Source: a virus
Length of the DNA stretch: 64,000 nt
Virus record (IMG/VR): IMGVR_UViG_3300021963_000041
Span: 63,150 to 127,149 of that record
Reading direction: 5' to 3' (one strand)
Within the stretch, counting starts at the first letter, position 1. Every line of letters starts with the position of its first letter. Made by a program: the position numbers and the translations under genes. The notes under the pieces are model-generated. The model was not told where the DNA came from. It saw only the letters and a program-made list of their open reading frames with translations, and made no database searches. This document shows positions 10,027 through 25,315 of the stretch, piece after piece.

Positions 10027-10299
10027 TTAGCTATTTGGCGTAAATTGTCCAGTCTCAAGATCTAAAGAACCAGCTCCGTATTTTGCATCTAATTCTTGAG
10101 CTAGCTTCTTTTCTTCCTCGTTCGTCTCTACAATCTGATTTTCTAGTAATCCCTCTTGCTCGATTAAGCCATTAAGATAGGTTTCAGCATTCTTTTTTGC
10201 TAACTTTAATTGTACTAGTTGAATACCTAATACGTTGTACTTCTCTTGTAAGACTTTGATTTGCTCAAGTTCTTCTGCGCTAAATTGCTTGTTTTCCAT
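10027..10299 (-). CDS. Small coiled-coil hypothetical protein
   Basis: Start reassigned to MENKQ (ATG 10299) because a TATTTATA motif lies at 10325-10332 and the longer call overlaps the upstream gene; C-terminal KYGAGSLDLETGQF. Confidence 0.7.
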   Translation of the reverse strand: MENKQFSAEELEQIKVLQEKYNVLGIQLVQLKLAKKNAETYLNGLIEQEGLLENQIVETNEEEKKLAQELDAKYGAGSLDLETGQFTPNS

Positions 10300-10352
10300 A
10301 ACTTTGTTTTTATGTTGTTCTTTGTATAAATATGTTGTTTTGTTTGTAAACC

Positions 10353-10946
10353 TTACTTGTAATGTCCGCCACCGACCCATAAAACAGCACTTTGTCTCAA
10401 TCCTTCAGTTACTGGTGTTACTCTGTGTAACATGAATGACGGAAAGATTGCAACCGCTCCTTTTTTGCGTGGTACAGCAAATGAGAAGTTACCTGGCATT
10501 AACTCTAAGTCACCACCCACATAATCATCGGGGTCTGCTAATTGAACTACAACAGAAACCTTTCTGTGTGAGATTGTGGAAGGTCCAATATCGACATGCC
10601 AGTCATAATGACCTCCCCCCGCTTCATACTGAGTGTATTGGATATCATCTATAATACTATGCAAGTCAAAATGCCATAAAGCGTTATTTGCTTCTACTAC
10701 CATGTTGGCAATACGATCATAAAACCAACCCCACTCAGGAGTATTTGGAAGCCATTTGATTTTTGATTTTCTAATGGCTTCCTCTACTTCTTCATTATTG
10801 CCAATTATTGTAGCATCTTGTTCATCGTACTTGGTTGCAGAGTTGTGTATGTGGTTTACCTCTTCTTCTGTAAAACCATTTTCAAACCAATAGTATTGAG
10901 TCTGGTCTACGTTTTCTGCTGGTCTAAATGTAGGTCTATTATTCAT
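10353..10946 (-). CDS. 2OG-Fe(II) oxygenase (prolyl-hydroxylase/PKHD-type)
   Basis: Y..GGHYDWHVD (HxD), RKVSVVVQL, YVGGDL, FPSFMLHRVTPV, R.S.V.W. Confidence 0.9.
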   Translation of the reverse strand: MNNRPTFRPAENVDQTQYYWFENGFTEEEVNHIHNSATKYDEQDATIIGNNEEVEEAIRKSKIKWLPNTPEWGWFYDRIANMVVEANNALWHFDLHSIIDDIQYTQYEAGGGHYDWHVDIGPSTISHRKVSVVVQLADPDDYVGGDLELMPGNFSFAVPRKKGAVAIFPSFMLHRVTPVTEGLRQSAVLWVGGGHYK

Positions 10947-10950
10947 AACT

Positions 10951-10982
10951 AAAATATACGTAAAAAATTAAAACTATGCAAC
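10951..10982 (-). promoter_or_regulatory. Putative Bacteroidota-type (-33/-7) promoter of the oxygenase
   Basis: Minus strand GTTG-N20-TATATTTT, 4 nt before ATG. Confidence 0.45.
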
Positions 10983-12809
10983 TTATATTATTGTCACGTT
11001 TGTTAATAAACCGTTTGTAAAGTCCATAATAACTGTCGCACCTCTTGGGTCGGCAACCATAACCGATGCAGTCATACCAGTTGTACCACCACCAGATCCT
11101 GGAGGTCCTGGAGGGCCAGTAGGTCCAGTTGGGCCTGGAGCTCCATCGGATCCTGCGGGACCAGTAGGTCCAGGTGCCCCAGTGGGGCCTGGAGATCCAG
11201 TTCCTGAAGGTCCGGTAGGTCCGGTAGGTCCTGGACTGCCAGTAGGTCCACTAGGTCCAGTTGGGCCAGTTGGTCCAGGTGCTCCTCTTAATGCTGCTAA
11301 GAAGGCAGATTCTGTTCCACTATTACCTAAAGCTAACCAAGACTCATAAGCTGAACGACCAGTAGCTCCAGTAGGACCAGTTGGACCAGGTCCACCAGTA
11401 GGTCCAGTTCCACCACTCGGTCCTGGAGGGCCAGTTGGACCAGGTCCGCCATTAGTTCCACTAGGACCTGGACTACCAGTTGGGCCAGTTGGGCCAGTGG
11501 GTCCAGTGGGACCAGTAGGACCTGATAAAGCATATGTACTTAGGTTCTCTGTAGTAACAAATGTGTATGGGCCTTTCTGTACACCACCCTCTAATCTTGA
11601 GTATTGAGGTGCTGTCCAGAATGGCATGATTAAGGTTTGGTTATAGTAGGTCTGTCCATCACCATGATTTGATATTATATAACTTGCCCAACTGCCATTA
11701 TATCCTGCAATTCCAGATGGTGCTTGATACCAGGTCTGAGTACCGTTTCCAAACCCAGCGTTTGATAAAGCTCCTGCTGTATATGAAGTTGATCCTGCAG
11801 GTCCTGTGGGTCCAGTAGGTCCAGGTGATCCAGTAGGTCCACTAGGTCCTGGAGGGCCACTAGGTCCAGTTGGACCAGTAGGGCCAGTAGGTCCTGCTAC
11901 TGTTGATCCAGGTCCGGTTGGGCCGGTAGGACCGGTAGGTCCAGGTGATCCAGTTGGACCAGGTGAGCCAGTAGGACCGCTTGGTCCAGTAGCTCCAGTA
12001 GGTCCAGTGGGCCCTGTCGGTCCAGTAGGACCAGTAGCCCAAGAAGATAATCCAGTGCTTGTGTAGTAGGTTCCTCCACTAGGAATCGTTACCATTCCAG
12101 GCAACCATTTTAGTGAGCTATTATCTCCATTATGAACTGCAATCAATACCCAACCATCGACTACTTGGACTGATCCATCGTTGTAAGGAAGTACCACAAG
12201 TTTGTTTGAATCGTAGGTATTGGCCATTCCACGAGCCACTTTGTAATAAACTCCTGACCATGCAGGTACTAATAAATTGGAAACTGGTCCAATATCTAAA
12301 TAACCACTAGCTGCTTGACTATTGTCAGCAGGAATGACAATTACTCGCTCACCCCACGATACTCTACCACCTGACCATGTTACAGTACCTCCACCGTTAA
12401 CTGCATAGTTTGCGTTAGCAGTTTCATATTCTGTTGGGCCAGTAGGTCCAGTTGCACCCGTAGGACCAGTAGGGCCAGTAGGCCCAGTTGGGCCACTTGG
12501 TCCTGGAGGGCCAGTCGGTCCAGTGCTTCCATTGGTTCCACTAGGGCCAGTAGGACCGGTAGGTCCAGTCAGACCAGTATCCCCTTTCAATCCCTGAGGT
12601 CCACTAGGGCCAGTCGGTCCAGTGGGTCCACTTGGTCCTGGAGGTCCACTTGGTCCAGTTGAACCTGGAGATCCAGTAGGGCCAGTTGGTCCACTTGGTC
12701 CAGTAGGTCCAGTAGGTCCTATAAATTGAGGATAGCTACTAGCATCGAAATTACCAGTATGTAGAGCTTCGTTACCTCCTATGGTTGTTCCTGTTTTTAG
12801 CTTAGCCAT
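10983..12809 (-). CDS. Collagen-like (Gly-Pro-Thr) fibre protein
   Basis: Four G-X-Y blocks dominated by GPT/GPS, separated by globular segments; GRSAYESW...[12 protein letters not shown] motif typical of phage collagen fibres. Confidence 0.85.
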   Translation of the reverse strand: MAKLKTGTTIGGNEALHTGNFDASSYPQFIGPTGPTGPSGPTGPTGSPGSTGPSGPPGPSGPTGPTGPSGPQGLKGDTGLTGPTGPTGPSGTNGSTGPTGPPGPSGPTGPTGPTGPTGATGPTGPTEYETANANYAVNGGGTVTWSGGRVSWGERVIVIPADNSQAASGYLDIGPVSNLLVPAWSGVYYKVARGMANTYDSNKLVVLPYNDGSVQVVDGWVLIAVHNGDNSSLKWLPGMVTIPSGGTYYTSTGLSSWATGPTGPTGPTGPTGATGPSGPTGSPGPTGSPGPTGPTGPTGPGSTVAGPTGPTGPTGPSGPPGPSGPTGSPGPTGPTGPAGSTSYTAGALSNAGFGNGTQTWYQAPSGIAGYNGSWASYIISNHGDGQTYYNQTLIMPFWTAPQYSRLEGGVQKGPYTFVTTENLSTYALSGPTGPTGPTGPTGPTGSPGPSGTNGGPGPTGPPGPSGGTGPTGGPGPTGPTGATGRSAYESWLALGNSGTESAFLAALRGAPGPTGPTGPSGPTGSPGPTGPTGPSGTGSPGPTGAPGPTGPAGSDGAPGPTGPTGPPGPPGSGGGTTGMTASVMVADPRGATVIMDFTNGLLTNVTII

Positions 12810-12970
12810 TATATCTCGTTCTGTTTTATTGTTTCAATTTCACTAAGAATCTCTAGGACTCTTGGATTATACAATCCTTCCAACTCTTGTCGTTCTTCAT
12901 CTGTACTGGCTTGGCCAATTATCCAGGTGATCGAACTTAGCTCCATTTGTAGTTTTTGTAGCTCTGTCAT
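12809..12970 (-). CDS. Small hypothetical protein (53 aa, possible fibre chaperone)
   Basis: Below ORF-track cutoff: [53 protein letters not shown]. Fills the gap exactly, with TAATG coupling to the next gene. Confidence 0.7.
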   Translation of the reverse strand: MTELQKLQMELSSITWIIGQASTDEERQELEGLYNPRVLEILSEIETIKQNEI

Positions 12971-12974
12971 AATC

Positions 12975-14446
12975 TTATATTCTTATATCAATAACACCTT
13001 TTCTTTTATATACAGTATCTAGTTGATTAGCTCCGTCCTCCTTAATTACTCTCTGTCCTCTTCCGACAGCTGCATAAGGATGTCTTACACCACCTCCAGT
13101 ATATACTGAATGTAAAGATCCGTCGTTAACTAGTAACCTTGATTTCATAGCTCTCATTTGAGCATCTAATGTTGAGTTAGGATTAATTGCATCGAACGAT
13201 GTCATAACCCACACCTGACTACTAGTGATGGTTGCAAGCTTATTAGCTAACGCTGTTCTAGCACTATCGTCTCCGTATGTATCATAAACTTGATCAAACA
13301 CTACTGAAACTGATGCCTCATCTATAATAGTAAGTCTTAAACCTCTACCACCCTCTTGGTTGTATATTGTTGTACCATTGAGTTGTAAAACTCTAGGACC
13401 ATATACTGCAAACCTATCTGTACCGTTTCCAATATCTAAACCTACGTAAGCTGTTCCTTTTGCAAACACTGCAATAGTTTCTTCCGAAATAGTGTCGGAT
13501 TCCCAACCACCTGATGTAAGGTTCCAAGAAACGTTATCTGTAATATCTGTGATTTGAATATTATCTACATAGACATGAGTTCCTCTACTACCCTGATCTT
13601 CATAACTAAAACCAATTTTCAGGTTAGCGTATAAATCAAAATACCCTGCAACCATTGGTGCTCTATAATCCCAAATACTAGGATACTCTTGATCAGGTGG
13701 AACGCCTTTTGTAGGCTGTCCAGTCCAGCTTGGCTTTCTATAAACATAACCATTATACTGTACTGGTTGCCAGTCACCATACTGTGTACTCGCATTCCAG
13801 ACTGGAGTGTTTTGACCCGGTACCCAATCTAGGTAACCGTCTTGAATTGTGTATGTATACTCATACCTTCTCCACTCCCAATCAGTATCAAATGCCGATA
13901 CAGCGGAATACCATGGAGTTGGTAACCAAATTCCTAAATCTCCCCAACCTACGGTAAGGTTATTGTAAACTTCCATCTGATTACCATTTGTATATCCTCG
14001 GTAGTTAAATGAAAATCTGTATGTGTGACCTCTTAATTTTGAAGCAGCTGGTGGATAAAAAGCTAATCCACCCCAAGTTGAGGCTGCTGAAATGTTTGGG
14101 TATCTAAATATGTGAACACCGTATGATGCATCCTTACCAGCATGCCTTCTAGCGGTTGTGTATATATTATCTTGTTTGTAGATTCCCCAATTTGAGTTGC
14201 CATATATGTTCTCCGACCCGAATGCTTGATTGTTTGGATTAGACCACCATCTATCACCTTGATCATTAACATGCCAACCAATGGCATCTAAAGAATTATA
14301 TGTTTCATCAAAAGCAGCACAATGCATATCACCATCACCTTTGAGTACAGCTCTTACGCCGGTAGGCAAAGACGAAGTCTCATGAAAGACACCTTCATTT
14401 AGGTGCCAGGTGTTACTGGATCTTATGAATGTTGCTTTTGTAGCCA

Positions 14447-14447
<1 letters not shown>
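12975..14447 (-). CDS. Fibre-associated carbohydrate-binding protein with CBM5/12-like and C-terminal ILEI/GG-like domains
   Basis: WNASTQYGDWQPVQYNGYVYR; GRGLRLTIID...YDTYGD...VMTSFDA...RHPYAAVGRG. Confidence 0.6.
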
Positions 14448-19454
<5,007 letters not shown>

Positions 19455-19471
19455 ACTACAAATTTCTTAAA

Positions 19472-19529
19472 CTGTGGTTAGATACATACACTTATGCCGT
19501 GTATATGCCTACTTCCTTTCGGCCTACAG
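19472..19529 (-). ncRNA. Putative structured 5' leader (three-way junction with GAAA tetraloop)
   Basis: CUGUAGG/CCACAG closing stem, CC-GAAA-GG hairpin, UAGG-C-AUAUACAC/GUGUAUGU-A-UCUA hairpin; lies between promoter motif and ATG. Confidence 0.5.
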
Positions 19530-19561
19530 CTTTATTTCTAATAAATATCTTGTTAAAGATA

Positions 19562-19828
19562 TTAGGATACCGCCTGCTCAGCTTTTTTTTGTTTCCTTGC
19601 TTCTGCTGCAATAGCACGTTCTAATTCAGCAGCCTTTTCAGCTTGCATACGTGCTTCTTGTGCTTCACGCTCAGCCAACATTGTGCGAATAGTCTGTAGT
19701 TCTGTTTCTAGTTTGTATTGTAGATTACCTACAAACTTAGCATCCTTACCAGTTATATTGATTACGTCTAATGATTGACGCAATAATGTAATCTCTTGTA
19801 CTGAGAGATCGATTGAGAAAATATCCAT
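19562..19828 (-). CDS. Small helical hypothetical protein
   Basis: 88-aa ORF in operon; weakly similar to the upstream 64-aa ORF. Confidence 0.7.
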   Translation of the reverse strand: MDIFSIDLSVQEITLLRQSLDVINITGKDAKFVGNLQYKLETELQTIRTMLAEREAQEARMQAEKAAELERAIAAEARKQKKAEQAVS

Positions 19829-19841
19829 AACTTATTTGTCT

Positions 19842-20036
19842 TTATTTAGCTTCCTGCTGCAGGTATTGATTCTGCAGCTTGGTTACTAGAATATAGAACA
19901 TTTCTACCTGTTCTCCAACTAATTGTGTTGTTTTCAGGGTTTTTAATAAAAATTCAAGCTCCTGAAGATTGAGCTTGTTGCCGTCTTCAGAAGCTTGATT
20001 ATTTGTTTGTGTTGCTAGTTTATTAAAAATACTCAT
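19842..20036 (-). CDS. Small helical hypothetical protein
   Basis: 64-aa ORF in operon. Confidence 0.7.
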   Translation of the reverse strand: MSIFNKLATQTNNQASEDGNKLNLQELEFLLKTLKTTQLVGEQVEMFYILVTKLQNQYLQQEAK

Positions 20037-20051
20037 AACCTATATTAAGTT

Positions 20052-21539
20052 TTATGCTGTATAAATCCAGAAGTCTCCTGCGTTAGACATATACATCGAA
20101 CCTACTACCGCAAACTCACCAGTGATTGGTTTTGTTGCACCGTGGTTTGCTTCTACAAATAAGTAAGGAGCAAATGATCCACTCACACCAGAAGCTGATG
20201 TTGGATCAATTACGTTTGATGTATCAACTACACCTGATTGATATCCCCAACGGTCTGTTGAAGAATCATATCCATATGCAATGTTACCTGCTGCGTCAGA
20301 TCCTCTATCGATTACGATACCACCATCTCCTGCAGTTGCAGATCCTGATGCTAACAAGATAAACTGATCAGCTACATACAAGTTAGAAGAACTGATTGCT
20401 GTTACAGAACCCTCAACGTATAAAGTACCTTTAACGCTTAAGTTGTTATTAACTGTCGTTGTACCAGTACTAGCACCTAAGTTTACTGTAGTTGCTGCAC
20501 CACCAATGTTTAAAGTAGTTGCAGTTGTGTTAACTAAGTTGAAAGTTGTTGCAGAAGTTGTAATGTCTCCACCATTTACTGCTGCGTCACCCGTCAACGT
20601 TAATCCAACGAATTGTGGAGAATCTGAAGTTTGTAATCCTAAGTCAACTGCAGAAGCTGCTACACCGTTTGTTGTAAGTGTTACCTCACCCTGTGCACCT
20701 GATGCAATTGATGAACCAGATACAAGACCGGTTTTAAGAGTTACTACACCTGCTGACGATACTGTTGCACCACCTGATAATGTACTGAAGATAGAACCAG
20801 AGTAGTATGGTAACATTGAACCAGAATCTACAGAGAATGTTCTTGCTGTAGCTCCATTAAATGTACCGGCACTAAGTAAACCTGAACCTGCTGTTAAAGC
20901 TGCTAATGTAGTGTATGCTGTTGATGCTGCTGTTGCCCAAGACGCTGTACCAATTAAAGCACCAGTCAATGAACCAGTAAATCCTACTGAAGCTGATACT
21001 GATGTTACGTTAATTGCACTTGGTAAGTAGGCGTTAGCTAAAGTACCAGCGTTAATGTTAGATGCGTTTTGGTAGTAAGCAGGAAGCTGACCACCTAAGT
21101 TTAATGCGTTGTTTGCAGTTACTGCGTTTGTTGCCCAAGAAGCTGTACCAACTAACGCACCAGTTAATGAACCAGTAAACGATGCAGTTACACCAGTTAC
21201 TGAAATTTGAGCAGCTAACGCTAAGCTATCTGTACCCTCTACTGTTAAGTTTGTACCTGCTAAGTCCGTTAATAAGTTACCATAGGTAATGTACTTATTG
21301 GCACCATCATTAATATAAAACTGATCCGTAGATGTTAGGTCAGTTTTAGCAGTTGTAGGGAAGATTGCTGTTGCTGTTACTCCAGTCAATCCTGCACCAT
21401 TACCGGTGAACGATCCCGTAAACGAACCCGTTAAGAAGGTAGTACCCTGTGCGGTCGTGATTTGCTGATTAGTACCGACGTTTAACTGACTCAGCTCAGC
21501 TGCCGAACCGGATACTATGACTTTTTTCCAAGTTGCCAT
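20052..21539 (-). CDS. Virion fibre/structural protein
   Basis: Ser/Thr/Gly-rich; N-terminus WKKVIVSGS shared with 16119..19454; duplicated FTGSLTGAL.GTASWAT. Confidence 0.7.
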   Translation of the reverse strand: MATWKKVIVSGSAAELSQLNVGTNQQITTAQGTTFLTGSFTGSFTGNGAGLTGVTATAIFPTTAKTDLTSTDQFYINDGANKYITYGNLLTDLAGTNLTVEGTDSLALAAQISVTGVTASFTGSLTGALVGTASWATNAVTANNALNLGGQLPAYYQNASNINAGTLANAYLPSAINVTSVSASVGFTGSLTGALIGTASWATAASTAYTTLAALTAGSGLLSAGTFNGATARTFSVDSGSMLPYYSGSIFSTLSGGATVSSAGVVTLKTGLVSGSSIASGAQGEVTLTTNGVAASAVDLGLQTSDSPQFVGLTLTGDAAVNGGDITTSATTFNLVNTTATTLNIGGAATTVNLGASTGTTTVNNNLSVKGTLYVEGSVTAISSSNLYVADQFILLASGSATAGDGGIVIDRGSDAAGNIAYGYDSSTDRWGYQSGVVDTSNVIDPTSASGVSGSFAPYLFVEANHGATKPITGEFAVVGSMYMSNAGDFWIYTA

Positions 21540-21594
21540 GTTACTTTTAGATTGTTTTTAGTTGTTGTATATAAATATGCTGTAGTATTAGAAA

Positions 21595-22134
21595 TCAATC
21601 TAATCCCACAAAAAAGTCTGTTGCTGTGAAAGTCATTGCACCGTTTGGAGCTGTTCCAGTTGGTGTAGATGATTGTGTTGCTAGCATAACAATACCACTC
21701 TGAGACACTGTCATTATAGCAGCTGAGCTTGAGTTTCTTATTATGAATATGTTATTAGTAACCCCAGTAAGGTCAAAAGATCCTGAAGTTACAAATAAAC
21801 TACCCGTAATCGATTGACTTGCTTTGAATTGGTTTGATCCAGTAATTGCAAATGAACCCGTGTTTGTAGCAGCAAATGCAAAGGCAGAAAAGGATGCAGA
21901 ATTTTCTAAACCAGCATATCCAGGTGTCTCAAATGCAATAAACTTTGAAACACTGTATAGTTGGTTTTGGTTTTGGACATATATGATTTGACCATCTGCT
22001 AATCTATCCTCATAAATCGAATACATATTAGATGCAGAAGGTACAGTAATCCATCCCCCTTGAACAAATTGAACAGCGGTGAATGAGCCCGACGCTCCAC
22101 TCCTTACGTATATATCACTTGCAGTAGTTGCCAT
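21595..22134 (-). CDS. Virion structural protein (hypothetical)
   Basis: SGS/TGS-rich ORF within the fibre operon. Confidence 0.65.
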   Translation of the reverse strand: MATTASDIYVRSGASGSFTAVQFVQGGWITVPSASNMYSIYEDRLADGQIIYVQNQNQLYSVSKFIAFETPGYAGLENSASFSAFAFAATNTGSFAITGSNQFKASQSITGSLFVTSGSFDLTGVTNNIFIIRNSSSAAIMTVSQSGIVMLATQSSTPTGTAPNGAMTFTATDFFVGLD

Positions 22135-22150
22135 TAATCTATTCTAATCT

Positions 22151-25100
22151 TTATGGTGCGGATGCTGAATCCGGCATTAAAAAGTATCTTGTGTTATTTG
22201 TATTTTTTCCTTCTGCAAATATCACGCCCCATCTAGAATAGCTGTTGATTGGTGTTTCTAAATCGAAGTAGTAAATACCGGTACCAACTGTTCCAGGGAT
22301 AGCCGAATCCTTTGCATATAAATAGTATTCACCACTAGTTCCTACAGTGTCTGGTGGAACGCCATCATACATACTCACTGGCTTACTACCTAAGTTTGAT
22401 GCTGATGGGAATATGATTAACAATCTATTTGCTGTTGCACTAAAGTTAATATAACCTAGAGTTGATACCCCTGAGCTGTTCGAATCGGATAGTACCGATA
22501 AAGATGCTGTTTTGAATAATGTAGCTGTTCCTCCAACGTAAGCTGGAGTAAATGAGGATGAACCGATTGATCCACTTTGGAACATAGCAATCAACGAACC
22601 ACTAGTAATAACACCACCGGTGTCACCCATACTAGCTAGAGTGTTAGTTTCATTTGTTCCTGATCCTCCAGTCCAACCATACACATAAGTCTTACCAACC
22701 GGTTGGGCTATTGTTAATGTTCTAGTATATGTTGTCGATTTTCCATGCACATCAAATACACTAGCTGTATAGGCTACAGTACTTGCTGTAACAAATGTTG
22801 ATGTGTTTTGAAGAACATATGATGAAGAGTTTGCATTTTGTGGAACAAGTTTTAAACTACCAGCTGTACCACCGCTCAATGAAGCAGAGTATGGTGTATC
22901 GGATTCTGTATCTGTTATAGACATACTCACTAATCCAGTGTTAGCACTTATTGATGCTGTTAGATTTGCTGGTATATCTGTAAATGTTGCAGTTGGTGCA
23001 AAGTTCTGCGCTACGTTTATTGTTACGTTTCCACTTCCAATATTATTATACTGATCACGGAATGTTATTGTTGATGTGATTGTCTGTCCACTGGTGTAAG
23101 AGCCACTTACATTTTGAGCAATACTCAATGCTCCCGCACTTGTTACATTTACTAATGCGTTAGATGATGTGAATGATTGAACCAATTGTGATCCGTAGTT
23201 TGGTGAGTATGTTACATCTAGATCGCCTTGAGTTCCAGTTCTACCATTTGAGTTTGTATAAATCAACGCTCCACTTCTTGCTGTCTCAATCACATAGAAA
23301 GTACCATTTGTGGTTAATGTTCCGGTACCGGCTTGAGCAATAGTAAATGAGCTGCTCTCTGTATTTGTTCTAAAACCATGCACATCCTTAATGCTGGCAG
23401 TATATCTGTATAAAGTAGAACCACTCAAGCTATTTTTTGCTTGAATATAATAAGCACTACCACTCTGAACCGCATTCAGTTGACCACTTGGATCGGTAAG
23501 TGTAAATGATGAGAGGTTTACAGTATCACCTTCTGTATCAGAGAATGATAATGTCACCATTGTACTACCTGATGTAGCTAAGTTAGTATTTTGGCTAGTA
23601 CTCTTATCTGTAAACACAATATCTGGAGCATTGTTGATAGCAACATTTACTGTGAGATTAACATATTGTTTTGTTGTTTCAAACGCATGCTCAGACGCTG
23701 TTAAGTAAACACCGATAGTATTATCACCGTTAAAGGACCAAGCTGATCCACTAACATTATTTTTCAATCTCAGATTTGTAGCAGAACCTGTCAACGAAGT
23801 TACTTCGACTAAATCCCCATCCGAAGTAACAGTCCATCTTTGCGATGCTGCAGAAGACCATTGTGCTACAGTTCCAGTTCTGCCGTTTGAGTTGGTGTAT
23901 ATTGATGCACCAGCTGCAGCGGATTCAATTACGTAGGTATTTGTCCAGTTGTTTGTAACCACACTTGTAGCATCCGGATCAATTGGGATAGTGATTAGTC
24001 CGGTGTCTGTTGTGTTGTTATAGGAATCTCTAACTGACACCTGATACACATATCTATCTGCCACATCAGAGTTTAAATAAATTCCAGTTTTACGTGTTAC
24101 AGTTCCACTAGAGTTGCATTGAAATGGATCTGCATGCGGATTGTAAAGAGAGGTACCTCCTAACGAAGATGTGATATTAGTACCTACCGAATTTAGATAA
24201 GCCGATACAAGTGTAAAGTTGGAAAAAGTTATTGTATCACCCTCGGTATCTGTTGCAGAGATAACTCCTACAGTCGTACCGTCGGCTGAGTTTTCATTGA
24301 TTGCTGTGAGTGATTGATCATTCACTGTGGGAGCAATATTATCAACAACTCGAATAGCAATCGGCAATGCTGTGATTGATGTTGTACTGTCTCCACTAGT
24401 GTAGTGCTGATCTTGAGCTGTAAATGATAGGGTATAGGCTGTTGTGGTTTCGTAATCCAATGAAGCTGTTGTCTGGTGTACTGCTACGTAAGTAGCTGCT
24501 AACGATGCCGAAAAGCCGGATGGCATACTTCCAGTATTTATAGAGATTGTGTCAGACTCAGCATCCGTAAAGTACAACCTAAATTTCTCACCACTAGTTG
24601 AATTTTCATTTAGTGATGCTGTATAGTTTGATATAATAGCACCAGAAGTTGAAGTTTGTCTCCAAGATGGTGCTGTATTTGGATTAACGCGGATATAGAT
24701 TGTCTTAGAACCTACACCGTTAAAGGTATCAACTGCTTCTATCAAGAATGGATGTGATCCAGAGCCTGGTGTCATATCCGTATTCATTGATGCGGTAGAT
24801 TTTGTATTTAGTGTAATCTCTCCTCCTGACGATATTTTGAAAAAACCTGCAGTGTATGCACTCGCTGTTCTGAATGTGATTGCTTGACCTTCAGCATCTA
24901 CAGCTGATACCGTACCAACTACAGAACCACTCACTTCATATTCTTGAATTGTGAATCCCGTAGATGTGATGTTAGGAACACTGTTTGGAAAAAACACCTT
25001 CTCAATGAAGTTGCTTAATGATCCACTAGTCCCGTAATTAACATTATATACTCCAGATGGAAGATTGGTATTAGATACGATTCTGTTACCATCAAATGAT

Positions 25101-25315
25101 GTTAGTGGATTTGTGGATTGCGATAAAGCAACATCTTGACCAGCAAACCCCAGTGCCACCATTGAGGCTGATATGAAAATTGGATCAACGTAAGAAGCTG
25201 TGTTTGCAATGCTAGCACTGACTGCATAACTAGCACTGAGCGTATAACTCGCACTAAGTGCATAACTCGCACTTGCAACACTTCCTGATATCTGTTCTCC
25301 TCTTATTAAAGCCAT
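22151..25315 (-). CDS. Cadherin-repeat virion protein
   Basis: Repeated E-N/Y...GTVSAVDAEG, INENSADGTTVGVISATDTEGD, LDYE, DNIAP/NTAP/NNAP linkers. Confidence 0.7.
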   Translation of the reverse strand: MALIRGEQISGSVASASYALSASYTLSASYAVSASIANTASYVDPIFISASMVALGFAGQDVALSQSTNPLTSFDGNRIVSNTNLPSGVYNVNYGTSGSLSNFIEKVFFPNSVPNITSTGFTIQEYEVSGSVVGTVSAVDAEGQAITFRTASAYTAGFFKISSGGEITLNTKSTASMNTDMTPGSGSHPFLIEAVDTFNGVGSKTIYIRVNPNTAPSWRQTSTSGAIISNYTASLNENSTSGEKFRLYFTDAESDTISINTGSMPSGFSASLAATYVAVHQTTASLDYETTTAYTLSFTAQDQHYTSGDSTTSITALPIAIRVVDNIAPTVNDQSLTAINENSADGTTVGVISATDTEGDTITFSNFTLVSAYLNSVGTNITSSLGGTSLYNPHADPFQCNSSGTVTRKTGIYLNSDVADRYVYQVSVRDSYNNTTDTGLITIPIDPDATSVVTNNWTNTYVIESAAAGASIYTNSNGRTGTVAQWSSAASQRWTVTSDGDLVEVTSLTGSATNLRLKNNVSGSAWSFNGDNTIGVYLTASEHAFETTKQYVNLTVNVAINNAPDIVFTDKSTSQNTNLATSGSTMVTLSFSDTEGDTVNLSSFTLTDPSGQLNAVQSGSAYYIQAKNSLSGSTLYRYTASIKDVHGFRTNTESSSFTIAQAGTGTLTTNGTFYVIETARSGALIYTNSNGRTGTQGDLDVTYSPNYGSQLVQSFTSSNALVNVTSAGALSIAQNVSGSYTSGQTITSTITFRDQYNNIGSGNVTINVAQNFAPTATFTDIPANLTASISANTGLVSMSITDTESDTPYSASLSGGTAGSLKLVPQNANSSSYVLQNTSTFVTASTVAYTASVFDVHGKSTTYTRTLTIAQPVGKTYVYGWTGGSGTNETNTLASMGDTGGVITSGSLIAMFQSGSIGSSSFTPAYVGGTATLFKTASLSVLSDSNSSGVSTLGYINFSATANRLLIIFPSASNLGSKPVSMYDGVPPDTVGTSGEYYLYAKDSAIPGTVGTGIYYFDLETPINSYSRWGVIFAEGKNTNNTRYFLMPDSASAP

